From an uncultured delta proteobacterium (GTDB taxonomy: Bacteria; Desulfobacterota; Binatia; Binatales; Binataceae), in the NCBI GenBank assembly GCA_963711565.1, contig CAVQEQ010000004.1, forward strand, positions 224,001 through 288,000: 64,000 bases of DNA, given 5' to 3'. Position 1 is the stretch's first letter. The number at the start of each line of letters is the position of its first letter. A program made the translations under genes and the position numbers. Positions 18,287 through 27,787 of the stretch are shown piece by piece. The notes under the pieces are model-generated. The model had not been told where the DNA came from. It saw nothing but the letters and a program-made list of their open reading frames with translations, and did no database searches.

Positions 18287-19033
18287 ATGCAATCGAAGGC
18301 GAACGCTTCCAGCGCAGTGCTCTACGCCAGGCGCGGTCCCGTCGCATGGGTCACGCTCAATCGTCCCGCGCAATTCAACGCGTACAACGTGGCGATGCGC
18401 GACGACCTCTTTCAAATCCTCGCCGCCATCCACGACGACCGCGACGTGCGCGCGATGGTCCTGCGCGGCGCCGGCCAGGCCTTTTCGACCGGCGGCGATC
18501 TCGTCGAGTTCGGGATGGCGCCGTCGCCAATCGTCGCGCGATGGGTCCGCTTTCGCCGCGATGTGTGGGGGATGCTCCGCGCGCTGCCGATTCCGACCAT
18601 CGCCGCTATTCACGGTTACACAGTAGGCGGCGGACTCGAGATGGCGCTGTTGTGCGACCTCGCAATCGCCGCCGACGACACCCGCCTGTCCCTGCCCGAG
18701 ACCGGCGCCGGCATGATTCCCGGCGTCGCCGGCACGCAGACCGCCGCGCGCCGCCTTGGCCTCGGTCGCGCGCTGGACCTTTGCCTCACGGGCCGTTGGA
18801 TTGACGCCCAAGACGCGTTACTTGTAGGTATGGTCGCCGAAGTGGTCCCGCTGGCTGATCTGGATCGCCGCGCGCTGACGATCGCCCGCGCGTTTGCACG
18901 CGTCAGTCGCGAGCGTTCCGCGCTACTCAAGCTGGCGGTCTGGGGAGGCCTCGATTTGCCGCTGCGACAAGGACTCGAACTCGAACGCCGGCTCTGGAGG
19001 CGTTTACCCGCTGGGAGGAATCGCGCGCAGTGA
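18287..19033 (+). CDS. Enoyl-CoA hydratase/isomerase (crotonase), both catalytic Glu present
   Basis: VTLNRPAQFNA, AFSTGGDL, GGGLEMALLCD, LPETGAGMIPG. The stop overlaps the next GTG (GTGA). Confidence 0.88.
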   Translation: MQSKANASSAVLYARRGPVAWVTLNRPAQFNAYNVAMRDDLFQILAAIHDDRDVRAMVLRGAGQAFSTGGDLVEFGMAPSPIVARWVRFRRDVWGMLRALPIPTIAAIHGYTVGGGLEMALLCDLAIAADDTRLSLPETGAGMIPGVAGTQTAARRLGLGRALDLCLTGRWIDAQDALLVGMVAEVVPLADLDRRALTIARAFARVSRERSALLKLAVWGGLDLPLRQGLELERRLWRRLPAGRNRAQ

Positions 19034-20577
19034 ACACGGTTAACTTCGTCACGATCCCTGCTTCGATCGTGCCCGACCAGGAAATCCTGGTCTTCGGCTC
19101 GCGACGCCTTACCTATGCGGATCTGAACGACCAGGTCGCCTGCCTGTGCGCGGTCTTCAAGCAGTTCGGCCTCGCGCATGGCGACGTCATCGCCGTCCTC
19201 GACACCAACTCCGACCTCTACATCGAATGCTACTACGCCGCCGCCAAGGCCGGTCTCACGTTCCTGCCGCTGAACTATCGCGCCAAGGATGCCGAGCTCG
19301 AATACATGATCAACACCGCCGACGCCAAGGTGTTGCTCGTCGGCGATCGCTATCTCGAATTGATCGCGAAGATTCAGCCGCGGCTGCGCGCGAGCAAAGT
19401 CGTCGCGCTTGGCGACGGCGCCCGCGGATTGCCGCGCCTCGCCGATCTCATCGCCAAGGCCGAGCCCGACGAGGCCGAAGCTGAAGTCGAAGACGAGGAC
19501 ATTTCCATCCTCATGTACACCAGCGGCACCACCTCTCTACCGAAAGGCGTGCAGCTTCGCTTCCGCGATTTCGCCGCCTACGTCACCGCCAACGTCGAGA
19601 TGGCCGACGGCACCGACCGCGGCGTCGCGCTGGTGTGCGTGCCGTTTTACCACATCGCCGGAACCACCGCGTACATGACCACCATCTGGACCGGCCGCAA
19701 ACTGGTCATCATGCCGCAGTTCGACGCCAAGGCTTGGCTCGATCTCGTCGCGCGCGAGCACGTAACCCACGCCTTCGTCGTACCCACGATGATGAAACAG
19801 ATCATCGACGAGCCCGCATTCGCGAAAACCGATCTCTCCACGCTGACCAACCTCGCCTACGGCGGCGCGGCGATGCCGGTGCAGGTGATTCGCCGCGCGA
19901 TCGAGGTCTTCCCGAAAAAAGTCGGCTTCGTGAACGCCTACGGCCAGACCGAGACTACGTCATCGCTGACCGTGCTCGGTCCCGACGATCATCGAATCGA
20001 AGGCACGCCTGAGGAGGTCGAGCTAAAGCTCAAGCGCCTGAACTCGATCGGCAAGCCGCTGCCCAACGTCGAGATTCGCGTCCGCGACGAGGACGGCAAG
20101 TTCCTCCCGCACGGCCAGGTGGGCGAAATCATTATCCGCACCCCGCGCATCATGAAGGGCTACGCCGGCCGCGACGACGACGCGCGATTGCCCGATGGAT
20201 GGCGCGCGACCGGCGACCTCGGATGGCTCGACGACGACGGCTACGTCTTCTTCGCCGGGCGCAAGGACGACATGATCATCCGCGGCGGCGAAAATATAGC
20301 GCCCGCCGAAATCGAAACGGTCCTCATGAGCCATCCGGCGGTCGACGAATGCGCCGTTATCGGCGTGCCGTCCGTCGAATGGGGGCAAACCGTCAAGGCC
20401 TTCGTCGTCCCGCGCACGGGAATGAAGGTGGCCGAGTCCGAGCTCGAGGAATTCTGCCGCTCGCGTCTGGCGAGCTTCAAGCGTCCCGAGCGCATCGAGT
20501 TCATCGACGCGCTGCCGAAAAATCCGCTCGGCAAAATCCTGCGCAAAGATCTGCGCGCGCCCGCTGGAGGCGTCTGA
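19030..20577 (+). CDS. Adenylate-forming acyl-CoA synthetase (AMP-binding)
   Basis: YTSGTTSLPKG, NAYGQTET, TGDLG, GRKDDMIIRGGENI, LPKNPLGKILRK. Confidence 0.92.
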   Translation: MNTVNFVTIPASIVPDQEILVFGSRRLTYADLNDQVACLCAVFKQFGLAHGDVIAVLDTNSDLYIECYYAAAKAGLTFLPLNYRAKDAELEYMINTADAKVLLVGDRYLELIAKIQPRLRASKVVALGDGARGLPRLADLIAKAEPDEAEAEVEDEDISILMYTSGTTSLPKGVQLRFRDFAAYVTANVEMADGTDRGVALVCVPFYHIAGTTAYMTTIWTGRKLVIMPQFDAKAWLDLVAREHVTHAFVVPTMMKQIIDEPAFAKTDLSTLTNLAYGGAAMPVQVIRRAIEVFPKKVGFVNAYGQTETTSSLTVLGPDDHRIEGTPEEVELKLKRLNSIGKPLPNVEIRVRDEDGKFLPHGQVGEIIIRTPRIMKGYAGRDDDARLPDGWRATGDLGWLDDDGYVFFAGRKDDMIIRGGENIAPAEIETVLMSHPAVDECAVIGVPSVEWGQTVKAFVVPRTGMKVAESELEEFCRSRLASFKRPERIEFIDALPKNPLGKILRKDLRAPAGGV

Positions 20578-21362
20578 CGCCGCGGCCCGCTAAAAAATCC
20601 CGACCGCGCCGCGCCGCGCGCTCCACGCCCGCCGGCGTAATCGAAGTTTCCTTCGCCAGCGGATGCGTTAACGCTACCCTTCGATTCCCCGGCGCGCGCG
20701 CGATTGTCACGCCCGCGATGGCCGTCCGCTTGCTCGAGCTGTTCGAGCACGTTGAGGACGACGACGCCGCCCACATGCTCGCGATCACGGGCGCCGGTTC
20801 CGCGTTCTGCATCGGCTTGGACGACGCCGTCGATCCGCGCCTCGTCGAATCGCTCGCCGTGCTCTCGAAGCCCACCGTCGCGATCATCAACGGCGACGCC
20901 TTCGATGAAGGATTGGAACTCGCGATGGCCGCCGACATTCGCGTCGCGATTTCATCCGCTCGTTTCGCGATCACGCAAATCAAACGCGGCACGATGCCCC
21001 ATTTCGGCGCGACTCAGCGCCTCCCGCGCCTTATCGGCGCGGCCAACGCTATCCGCCTGATGCTGACCGGGACGGCCCTGGGAGCCGACGACGCGATGCG
21101 CACGGGACTCGTCACTTATCTTGCTGACAGGCCCGCCGAACTCGCCGCTACCAGCGGCCGCGTCGCCGAGGCTATTCTGAGCCGCGCGCCGCTCGCCGCG
21201 CGCCTGGTCAAGGACGCGGTGCTCAAGGGTTACGACATGACTTTGGACCAGGGCATCAGGCTTGAGGAGGATCTATACGCCCTGCTACAAACGACTTCCG
21301 ACCGCGCCGAAGGCGTCCGCGCTTTTCTCGAGAAGCGCAAACCGCTGTTCAGGGGCGCGTGA
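20574..21362 (+). CDS. Divergent crotonase-family protein; start uncertain (CTG overlapping the upstream TGA, or ATG 20718)
   Basis: KPTVAIINGDAFDEGLELAMAADIR, FAITQIKRG, GATQRLPRLIG, DRAEGVRAFLEKRKPLF. Confidence 0.8.
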   Translation: MTPRPAKKSRPRRAARSTPAGVIEVSFASGCVNATLRFPGARAIVTPAMAVRLLELFEHVEDDDAAHMLAITGAGSAFCIGLDDAVDPRLVESLAVLSKPTVAIINGDAFDEGLELAMAADIRVAISSARFAITQIKRGTMPHFGATQRLPRLIGAANAIRLMLTGTALGADDAMRTGLVTYLADRPAELAATSGRVAEAILSRAPLAARLVKDAVLKGYDMTLDQGIRLEEDLYALLQTTSDRAEGVRAFLEKRKPLFRGA

Positions 21363-21417
21363 ACTCTCGGCGCAAAATTTTAAGCGACAACGCGACTGAA
21401 AGGATCAGGATCCACGA

Positions 21418-21537
21418 ATGGCAAATCAGCTCGGCAAAGTTTATATCTGCGGCAACTGCAAATCGCAGGTCATCGTCACCAAGGCCGGCAACGGCCAGCT
21501 CAAGTGTTGCGGCGTTCCGATGGAACAAAAAAAGTAA
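21418..21537 (+). CDS. 39-aa desulforedoxin-like (CxxC...CC) protein, paralog of 16561-16704, not in the ORF track
   Basis: AGGA RBS, then MANQLGKVYICGNCKSQVIVTKAGNGQLKCCGVPMEQKK*. Confidence 0.85.
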   Translation: MANQLGKVYICGNCKSQVIVTKAGNGQLKCCGVPMEQKK

Positions 21538-21591
21538 CGACCGCGCTCTTTCGTTCGGGCGCTGTCGCGACAACGCGATGAGGGGTCCACG

Positions 21592-21831
21592 ATGCTCTAC
21601 TGGATTATAGTCGGAATAATCGCAGGCTGGTTGGCCGGGAAGCTGGTGCGCGGCGCGGGCTTCGGCTTGATCGGCGATCTCATCCTCGGCCTCGTCGGTG
21701 GCCTTGTCGGCGGATGGATCTTCGGCGCACTCGGTATTGCGGGACCCAACGGCCTGATCGGCGGCATCATCATCGCTACCGTCGGCGCCGTCATCCTGGT
21801 CTGGATCTCGCATATGATTCGCGAGGCCTGA
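21592..21831 (+). CDS. GlsB/YeaQ/YmgE (transglycosylase-associated) membrane protein
   Basis: WIIVGIIAGWLAG...GLIGDLILGLVGGLVGGWIF...IATVGAVILV. Confidence 0.9.
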   Translation: MLYWIIVGIIAGWLAGKLVRGAGFGLIGDLILGLVGGLVGGWIFGALGIAGPNGLIGGIIIATVGAVILVWISHMIREA

Positions 21832-21850
21832 GCAACCCCGCGCGCCGCGC

Positions 21851-22240
21851 TCACCCGCTAGCGCGGATGCGCAGCTCTTCGGCCTGCTTGCGAATCGGCT
21901 CCGGCAGCCTCACTTCCTGCGCGTCGATCCAGTTGCTCACGAGCCGGTAGAACTCGCGCGCCGGTTCGTAGAACACGTGGATCACGACGTCGTCGTAGTC
22001 GAGCACCACCCAGTGCGCATGGTGCATCCCCTCGACCGACAGTGCCCGTTGCCCGGCCTTGCCCAGCGCCTCCTCGATTCCGCGCGCAATCGCCTGCACC
22101 TGCACGTCGGAGCGCCCGGTCGCCACCAGGAAATAATCCGCCACCGATTTCAGATGCTCGGCTTCGAGCACGACCAGGTCGTAGGCCTTTTTCTCCAGCG
22201 CCGCTTCGGCCGCGACGAATGCCTTCTTCAGCGCCGTCAA
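21851..22240 (-). CDS. rsfS: Ribosome silencing factor
   Basis: KKAYDLVVL, ADYFLVATG, WVVLDYDDVVIHVF, REFYRL; follows nadD. Confidence 0.92.
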   Translation of the reverse strand: MTALKKAFVAAEAALEKKAYDLVVLEAEHLKSVADYFLVATGRSDVQVQAIARGIEEALGKAGQRALSVEGMHHAHWVVLDYDDVVIHVFYEPAREFYRLVSNWIDAQEVRLPEPIRKQAEELRIRASG

Positions 22241-22331
22241 GAAATCTGACCGCGATTGGCCGGCGGGTTCGCCGTTTGTCGATGGTTCGATCGGGATTGA
22301 AATGAACGCGAGATTTTAAGCAGAGAAATCC

Positions 22332-22970
22332 TCAATACAGCGCGTGGCGCTGGATATAATCGACGACATCGATCGGCATCAGGTACCGGACCGATTCACC
22401 GTGTTGCAGTTTGCCGCGAATTTCAGTCGCTGAAATGGGGAAGAACGTGGTGTCGACGAAAGATAGCGTTTGTCCGCTCGAATGCACGTAGTGATCGTCT
22501 GCCTGAGTGTAGCCAAACCGTTTGAGCGCGGCAACTGAAATTCGCGGCGGACCGTCTTGCCCTTCGGTTAACCTTGTATGAACGGCGAAATTGCACAGCC
22601 GCGCCAGTTCATCGGGCTCCTTCCACGATTCCAGCTCGGCAAACTGATCCGCGCCCATCAGCAGGTACAGCGTCGCCGGCTGCCTCAAGGTAGCCAGGAA
22701 GTAGCGCACCGTCTCTATCGTGTACGATCGCCCGGCGCGCTGAATCTCCACGTCGGAGGTCATGAAATGCCGGTTGCCCTTGGTCGCCAGCCGCACCATC
22801 GCCAGCCGATGCACCGCCGGGGCCAATTCGCCTTCCGCCTTATGCGGCGGCGATGCGGCCGGGATGAAATACACGAGGTCCAGTTGGAGCGCCTCGCGAA
22901 CCTCCTCGGCCGCGCGCAAATGCCCGAGATGAATCGGATTGAAACTGCCGCCGAACAATCCTACCCGCAT
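22332..22970 (-). CDS. nadD: Nicotinate-nucleotide adenylyltransferase
   Basis: GGSFNPIHLGHL, PPHK, SYTIET, LMGADQ, ISATEIR. Confidence 0.95.
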   Translation of the reverse strand: MRVGLFGGSFNPIHLGHLRAAEEVREALQLDLVYFIPAASPPHKAEGELAPAVHRLAMVRLATKGNRHFMTSDVEIQRAGRSYTIETVRYFLATLRQPATLYLLMGADQFAELESWKEPDELARLCNFAVHTRLTEGQDGPPRISVAALKRFGYTQADDHYVHSSGQTLSFVDTTFFPISATEIRGKLQHGESVRYLMPIDVVDYIQRHALY

Positions 22971-23009
22971 TTTTCTTCACTGCGCCCCCGTCGCAACGGG
23001 TCGCCGCGT

Positions 23010-24263
23010 TCAGGCGCGGACTTGTCCAGTCCCGCGAAGGACGTACTTATAGGTGGTCAACTCGTTGAGTCCCATCGGCCCGCGCGCGTGCAGCCGATTA
23101 GTCGAAATTCCCGTTTCCGCCCCGAATCCAAATTCGAAACCGTCGGTGAAACGCGTCGACGCGTTGACGTAAACCGTAGCCGAATCGACTTCACGTTCAA
23201 AGCGCGCGGCAGTTTCCGCGTCATCGGTAACGATCGCGTCGGCAAGATGCGATCCATGACGTGCGATAAACGCGATCGCCTCTTCAACCGAATCCACAAC
23301 TTTCACCGCCAGGATCAGGTCGAGATATTCCGCGTCCCAGTCTTCGTCGGTCGCCGCGCGCACCGCCGGCACGATTTTTCGCGTCGCGTCGTCGCCGCGA
23401 AGCTCAACGCCGGCCGCGGTCAATCGCGCGGCCACCGCCGGGAGGAATTTCTCCGCGACCGCGTGATGTACCAATAATTTCTCCATCGAATTGCAGACCG
23501 ACGGCCGCGAGCATTTCGCATTGACGCAGATCTCCTCGGCCATCTTCAGATTCGCCGCCCGATCGACGTAGGTGTGGCATTTGCCGTCGAAATGCGGCAA
23601 CAGAGGCACCTCCGATCCGTCCAACGCGTCCTTCAACGACTTGCCCCCGCGCGGAATTATCAGGTCGATCAACTCGCGGCTCAGCTTCATCACCTGGATC
23701 ACTTCGCGATCCGGATCGCGAATGAATGTCGCCGCATCAGCCTCGAGCCCCGCATCCTTCAACGCGCGCGAGATCAATCCTGCCAGGAATCCATTGCTGC
23801 TGAGCGCCTCGCTGCCTCCGCGTAGTACCACGGCGTTGCCGGCTTTGAGCGTCAGCGCGGCCGCATCGACGGTGACGTTGGGCCGCGACTCGTAAATCAT
23901 CGCGATCAGGCCGATCGGCACTCTGATCTTTTCGATCTTCAACCCGTTGGGCCGCGTCCACTTCTCGATCGCAGTGCCGACCGGATCGTGGAGCGCCTCG
24001 ACTTGAAGCACACCCGCAGCCATGGCCTCGATTCGCTTGTCATCGAGCGTCAGCCGCTCGACGAACGCACCGCCGCGTCCGCTGTTGCGCGAGCGCTCGA
24101 GGTCGATCGCGTTGGCGCGAATAATTTCCGCGCGCGACTCGCGTATCGCGCTGGCCAGCCGCCGCAGAAAATCGTTTTTCTGCGCCGTAGTCACGATCGC
24201 CATCCCCGGCGCCGCCGCCCGCGCCCGCCGCAGCGCGGCAACAGTATCAGCTTCAACCGTCAT
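23010..24263 (-). CDS. proA: Glutamate-5-semialdehyde dehydrogenase
   Basis: IYESRPNVT, IIPRGG, PSVCNSME, NASTRFTDGFEFGFGAE, HARGPMGL. Start at ATG 24263. Confidence 0.95.
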   Translation of the reverse strand: MTVEADTVAALRRARAAAPGMAIVTTAQKNDFLRRLASAIRESRAEIIRANAIDLERSRNSGRGGAFVERLTLDDKRIEAMAAGVLQVEALHDPVGTAIEKWTRPNGLKIEKIRVPIGLIAMIYESRPNVTVDAAALTLKAGNAVVLRGGSEALSSNGFLAGLISRALKDAGLEADAATFIRDPDREVIQVMKLSRELIDLIIPRGGKSLKDALDGSEVPLLPHFDGKCHTYVDRAANLKMAEEICVNAKCSRPSVCNSMEKLLVHHAVAEKFLPAVAARLTAAGVELRGDDATRKIVPAVRAATDEDWDAEYLDLILAVKVVDSVEEAIAFIARHGSHLADAIVTDDAETAARFEREVDSATVYVNASTRFTDGFEFGFGAETGISTNRLHARGPMGLNELTTYKYVLRGTGQVRA

Positions 24264-24316
24264 CGAACTTCGAGAATATATCCCGAGGCCAGTCAAATAA
24301 ACCGCACGCCGAGAAT

Positions 24317-24386
24317 ACTGGGTGCAGGGGTCACCCCTGCCGAAGGAAGCGTGAAACCCACCGCGGGGTTCACATTCAATAAAGTG
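24317..24386 (+). repeat. 70-bp double-hairpin repeat, family A copy 2 (between proB and proA)
   Basis: ACTGGGTGCAGGGGTCACCCCTGCCGAAGGAAGCGTGAAACCCACCGCGGGGTTCACATTCAATAAAGTG. Confidence 0.92.
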
Positions 24387-24390
24387 GACG

Positions 24391-25536
24391 CTACGCGATC
24401 TCTTTGATCAGCACGAAGTTGTCGCGATGGATAATCTCATCGGCAACTTTGTAACCAAGCAGAGCAGGAATCTCAGTCGAACGCCGCCCAGCCACCTTCA
24501 ACACATCCGACGCCGGATAATTCACCAACCCGCGGCCGAACTCGACGCCGTCGGGATCGAGCAGGCTCACGCAGTCGCCGCCGCCGAAATCTCCGCGCAC
24601 CTCGCGCACGCCCGAGGGCAGCAGCGACCGGCCGCGATTGCGGAGCGCGTCGGCCGCGCCCTTGTCGACGGCGAGCGATCCTGCCGGCCGCAGCGCGAAC
24701 GCGATCCAATGCTTTCTGCTCTTGAGCCGCACTCCCGCCGGCACGATCAGCGTGCCCGCTTCGCGCGCCGGATCGAGCGCGGCGGTAACGATTCCCGCCT
24801 CGCGCCCGCGCGCGATAATCACGGCGATTCCCGCGCGTGCCGCCTGCCGCGCCGCTTTCAACTTGGTCGCCATCCCGCCGACACCCAGCGGCCCCGCGTT
24901 CTCGGCGACCAGCCCGTGCATCTCGGCCTCCGGATCGCTGATCACAGGAATCAGCCGCGCGTCGGTACGCTCGCGCGGGTCGCCAGTCAGCACGCCGTCA
25001 ACATCGCTCAAAATAATCAGAAGCTGCGCCTGCACGAGGCTCGCGACCAGCGACGACAGCACGTCGTTGTCGCCGAGCCGGATTTCCTCGACCGCGACCG
25101 TGTCGTTCTCGTTGACGATCGGAATCACGCCCGCGCCGAGTAACTCGGTGACGGTTTGATTCGCGTTCTGACGGCGACGGCGTTCCGCCAAATCCTGATG
25201 GGTCAGCAAGATTTGCGCGACGCTTCGATCGTGGCCGCCGAATGCATGCGCCCACGCCGACATCAGCTCGATTTGCCCGGTGGCGGCGGCCGCCTGCCGC
25301 GCTGCGATCGTTGCGCCGTGAAGCTTCGAGAGTCGCGCACGTCCCGCGGCTACAGCGCCAGACGTGACGATCACGATTTCCTGGCCGGCCTGCACCGCCG
25401 ACTCGATCTGTGACGTTAGCTGTTCGATCACATCGACGCGCAGGCCGTCGGCGTCGGACAGCACAGCGCTGCCGACCTTGATCACGATCCGCCGCGCGCG
25501 CGCGACGGTCGATTCCTTATAGTTCAGTTGGGACAT
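24391..25536 (-). CDS. proB: Glutamate 5-kinase with PUA domain
   Basis: VIKVGS, TSGAV, NENDTV, GDNDVLS, GGMATKL, SLLPSGV, IHRDN. Confidence 0.95.
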   Translation of the reverse strand: MSQLNYKESTVARARRIVIKVGSAVLSDADGLRVDVIEQLTSQIESAVQAGQEIVIVTSGAVAAGRARLSKLHGATIAARQAAAATGQIELMSAWAHAFGGHDRSVAQILLTHQDLAERRRRQNANQTVTELLGAGVIPIVNENDTVAVEEIRLGDNDVLSSLVASLVQAQLLIILSDVDGVLTGDPRERTDARLIPVISDPEAEMHGLVAENAGPLGVGGMATKLKAARQAARAGIAVIIARGREAGIVTAALDPAREAGTLIVPAGVRLKSRKHWIAFALRPAGSLAVDKGAADALRNRGRSLLPSGVREVRGDFGGGDCVSLLDPDGVEFGRGLVNYPASDVLKVAGRRSTEIPALLGYKVADEIIHRDNFVLIKEIA

Positions 25537-26536
25537 GCGCCGGCTGATCCATCGTGTGAAGCATGCGCGCGATCGCCGCGACCAGCGGTGCGAGTTTCTC
25601 GCCCTTGTCAGCCGAAATCGGAAACACTTCGAGACCGGTGAGCTTGCGCAGCTTGCGCGCGGTCTTTGTCACTTCGGCCGCATCGAGCAGATCGATTTTG
25701 TTGAGCGCGACAATCGCGAGGCGCTCCGTCAGCACCGGATCGAACGCCGCGATCTCACCGCGCACAGTCGTAAACGCGGCCGCGGGATCGTCCGCAGCGT
25801 CGAGTACGTAAACGATCATCTGCGTGCGCATGATATGCCGCAGGAAACGAATCCCAAGCCCGTGTCCCTCGTGTGCTCCTTCGATCAGCCCGGGAATATC
25901 GGCGAGCGTGAAGCTCTCCTGATCGCCAATCGACACGCGGCCGATATTCGGCGCCAGCGTCGTGAACGGGTAGGGCGCGATCTTGGGCCGCGCCGCGCTG
26001 AGCGCGGTCAGCAGCGTCGATTTGCCCGCATTGGGAAGTCCCACGAGGCCCGCCTCCGCGACCAGCCGCAACTCCATGCGGACCCATCGCTGCTCGCCCG
26101 CGGTTCCCGGCGTCGCGATTCGCGGCGAGCGCCGAGTCGACGACGCGAAATGCATGTTGCCGCGGCCGCCTTCGCCACCCTGCGCGATTACCGCCGTGTC
26201 ACCCGGCATCACAAGGTCCGCGAGCGTCTTGCCGCTCTCGTCATCAAATACGATCGTGCCGGGCGGCACTCGCACGACAACGTCGTCGGAGCCGTGGCCG
26301 TACTGTTCCTTGCCGCGGCCGGACTCGCCGTCCTTCGCGATCAGACGCGGCTGATATTTGAAATCGAGCAGCGTCGACAAGCCTTCATCGACCTGGAAGA
26401 TGACGCTGCCGCCGCGCCCGCCGTTGCCGCCCGCCGGTCCGCCGAACGGCCGATACTTCTCGCGCAGAAACGCGATTGCACCGTCGCCGCCCTTCCCGGC
26501 GTGCACGAATACCCTGGCTTCATCGATAAATCGCAT
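25517..26536 (-). CDS. obgE: GTPase ObgE/CgtA
   Basis: MRFIDE, GGPAGGNGGRGG, GLPNAGKSTL, YPFTTL, DIPGLIEGA, NKID. Confidence 0.96.
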   Translation of the reverse strand: MRFIDEARVFVHAGKGGDGAIAFLREKYRPFGGPAGGNGGRGGSVIFQVDEGLSTLLDFKYQPRLIAKDGESGRGKEQYGHGSDDVVVRVPPGTIVFDDESGKTLADLVMPGDTAVIAQGGEGGRGNMHFASSTRRSPRIATPGTAGEQRWVRMELRLVAEAGLVGLPNAGKSTLLTALSAARPKIAPYPFTTLAPNIGRVSIGDQESFTLADIPGLIEGAHEGHGLGIRFLRHIMRTQMIVYVLDAADDPAAAFTTVRGEIAAFDPVLTERLAIVALNKIDLLDAAEVTKTARKLRKLTGLEVFPISADKGEKLAPLVAAIARMLHTMDQPAHVPTEL

Positions 26537-26580
26537 GGCGGCGTGATCACGTCAGTCTCTGCGCTGTGCTCGATTCGAGC

Positions 26581-26628
26581 AACCTAACCCCTAATCCCCT
26601 TCCCATAGTGGGAAGGGGAACAATCGCG
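26581..26628 (+). repeat. Palindromic REP-like element, family B
   Basis: AACCTAACCCCTAATCCCCTTCCCATAGTGGGAAGGGGAACAATCGCG (stem TCCCCTTCCCA/TGGGAAGGGGA); related copy at 44726-44780. Confidence 0.8.
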
Positions 26629-26644
26629 CTTGGATTTAGTCTTC

Positions 26645-27673
26645 TTACAGACAAATCTCCGCTAGCGCGCGGACCGTGTTGATGTCGCCGGTGCCGATCA
26701 GCATCGTCTTGACCGGTGACGCCTTCCACACCTTGAGCTGGTCCGCGATTCGCTCGCGATTACCGACCAGCGCGACCTCATCGACCAGCTTGTCCGGCAC
26801 CAGCGCCATCGCCTCGGCCTTCTTGCCGGCGAGGAACAGGTCCTGGATTTTCCCCGCAACGTCTTCATAGCCGAGCCGCTTGGCGTAGTCGTTGTAGAAA
26901 TTTTTCGCGCGCGCGCCCATCCCGCCGATGTACAGCGCGAGCATCCCCTTCACCGGCATCCGGCACTTCTCAACGTCCGGTCCCATGATGCAGGTGACGA
27001 ACGGCGCGACGTCGAAATTGTCGAGGCTCTTTTTGCCGCCGGTCTTCGCGAAGCCTTCCTTCAGCGGCGCATCATAGATGTCCCAGCGCTCCGGATTCAT
27101 CCAGACCGGAATCACGCCGTCCGCGATTTCCCCCGCGAGCGCGATTCCCTTGGGGCTGATCGACGCGGTGTAGATTGGCATGTCCTTGCGCCCGTGCAGG
27201 ATGCTCTTGAGCGGCTTGCCCAGGCCCGAGGCGCCGGGTCCGGTATACGGGATGTCGAATTCCTTGCCGTGATGCTCGACGGGAACTTCGCGCGCGAGAA
27301 TCGTGCGAACGATCTCGATGTACTCGCGCGTGCGCTGCAGCGGTTTGCCGTACGACACGCCGTGCCAGCCCTCGACCACCTGCGGACCCGACGGCCCGAT
27401 ACCGAGGATGAAGCGGCCGCCCGACAGCGCGTCGATCGTCATCGCGGTCATCGCAGTCATGGCGGGAGTGCGTCCCGGCATCTGCATGATACCGGTGCCG
27501 AGCCGGATCTTTTTGGTCAGCGCGCCGATCCACGCCAGCGGCGCGATCGCGTCGGAGCCGTACGCCTCAGCCGTCCACACCGAGTCGAAGCCAACGCGCT
27601 CGGCCTCGAGGATCGTGTCCATCGGCAGGCCCATCTGCGCGCCCGAATAGCCTGAGAGTAAACCTAGTCGCAT
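26645..27673 (-). CDS. LLM-class F420-dependent oxidoreductase
   Basis: [60 protein letters not shown]. Confidence 0.9.
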   Translation of the reverse strand: MRLGLLSGYSGAQMGLPMDTILEAERVGFDSVWTAEAYGSDAIAPLAWIGALTKKIRLGTGIMQMPGRTPAMTAMTAMTIDALSGGRFILGIGPSGPQVVEGWHGVSYGKPLQRTREYIEIVRTILAREVPVEHHGKEFDIPYTGPGASGLGKPLKSILHGRKDMPIYTASISPKGIALAGEIADGVIPVWMNPERWDIYDAPLKEGFAKTGGKKSLDNFDVAPFVTCIMGPDVEKCRMPVKGMLALYIGGMGARAKNFYNDYAKRLGYEDVAGKIQDLFLAGKKAEAMALVPDKLVDEVALVGNRERIADQLKVWKASPVKTMLIGTGDINTVRALAEICL

Positions 27674-27728
27674 CGAAATTCCTCCCGTCGCGGAAGAGTC
27701 CGCGACACGTGTCGATTAAAGTCGCGTC

Positions 27729-27764
27729 AAAAAAAGAAGCCCCACGGCATTGCCGCAGGGCTTC
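27729..27764 (-). terminator. Rho-independent terminator after rplU-rpmA
   Basis: Minus-strand GAAGCCC...GGGCTTC stem followed by T7. Confidence 0.8.
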
Positions 27765-27787
27765 AGCTCAATTACGTTCCAAACGAT

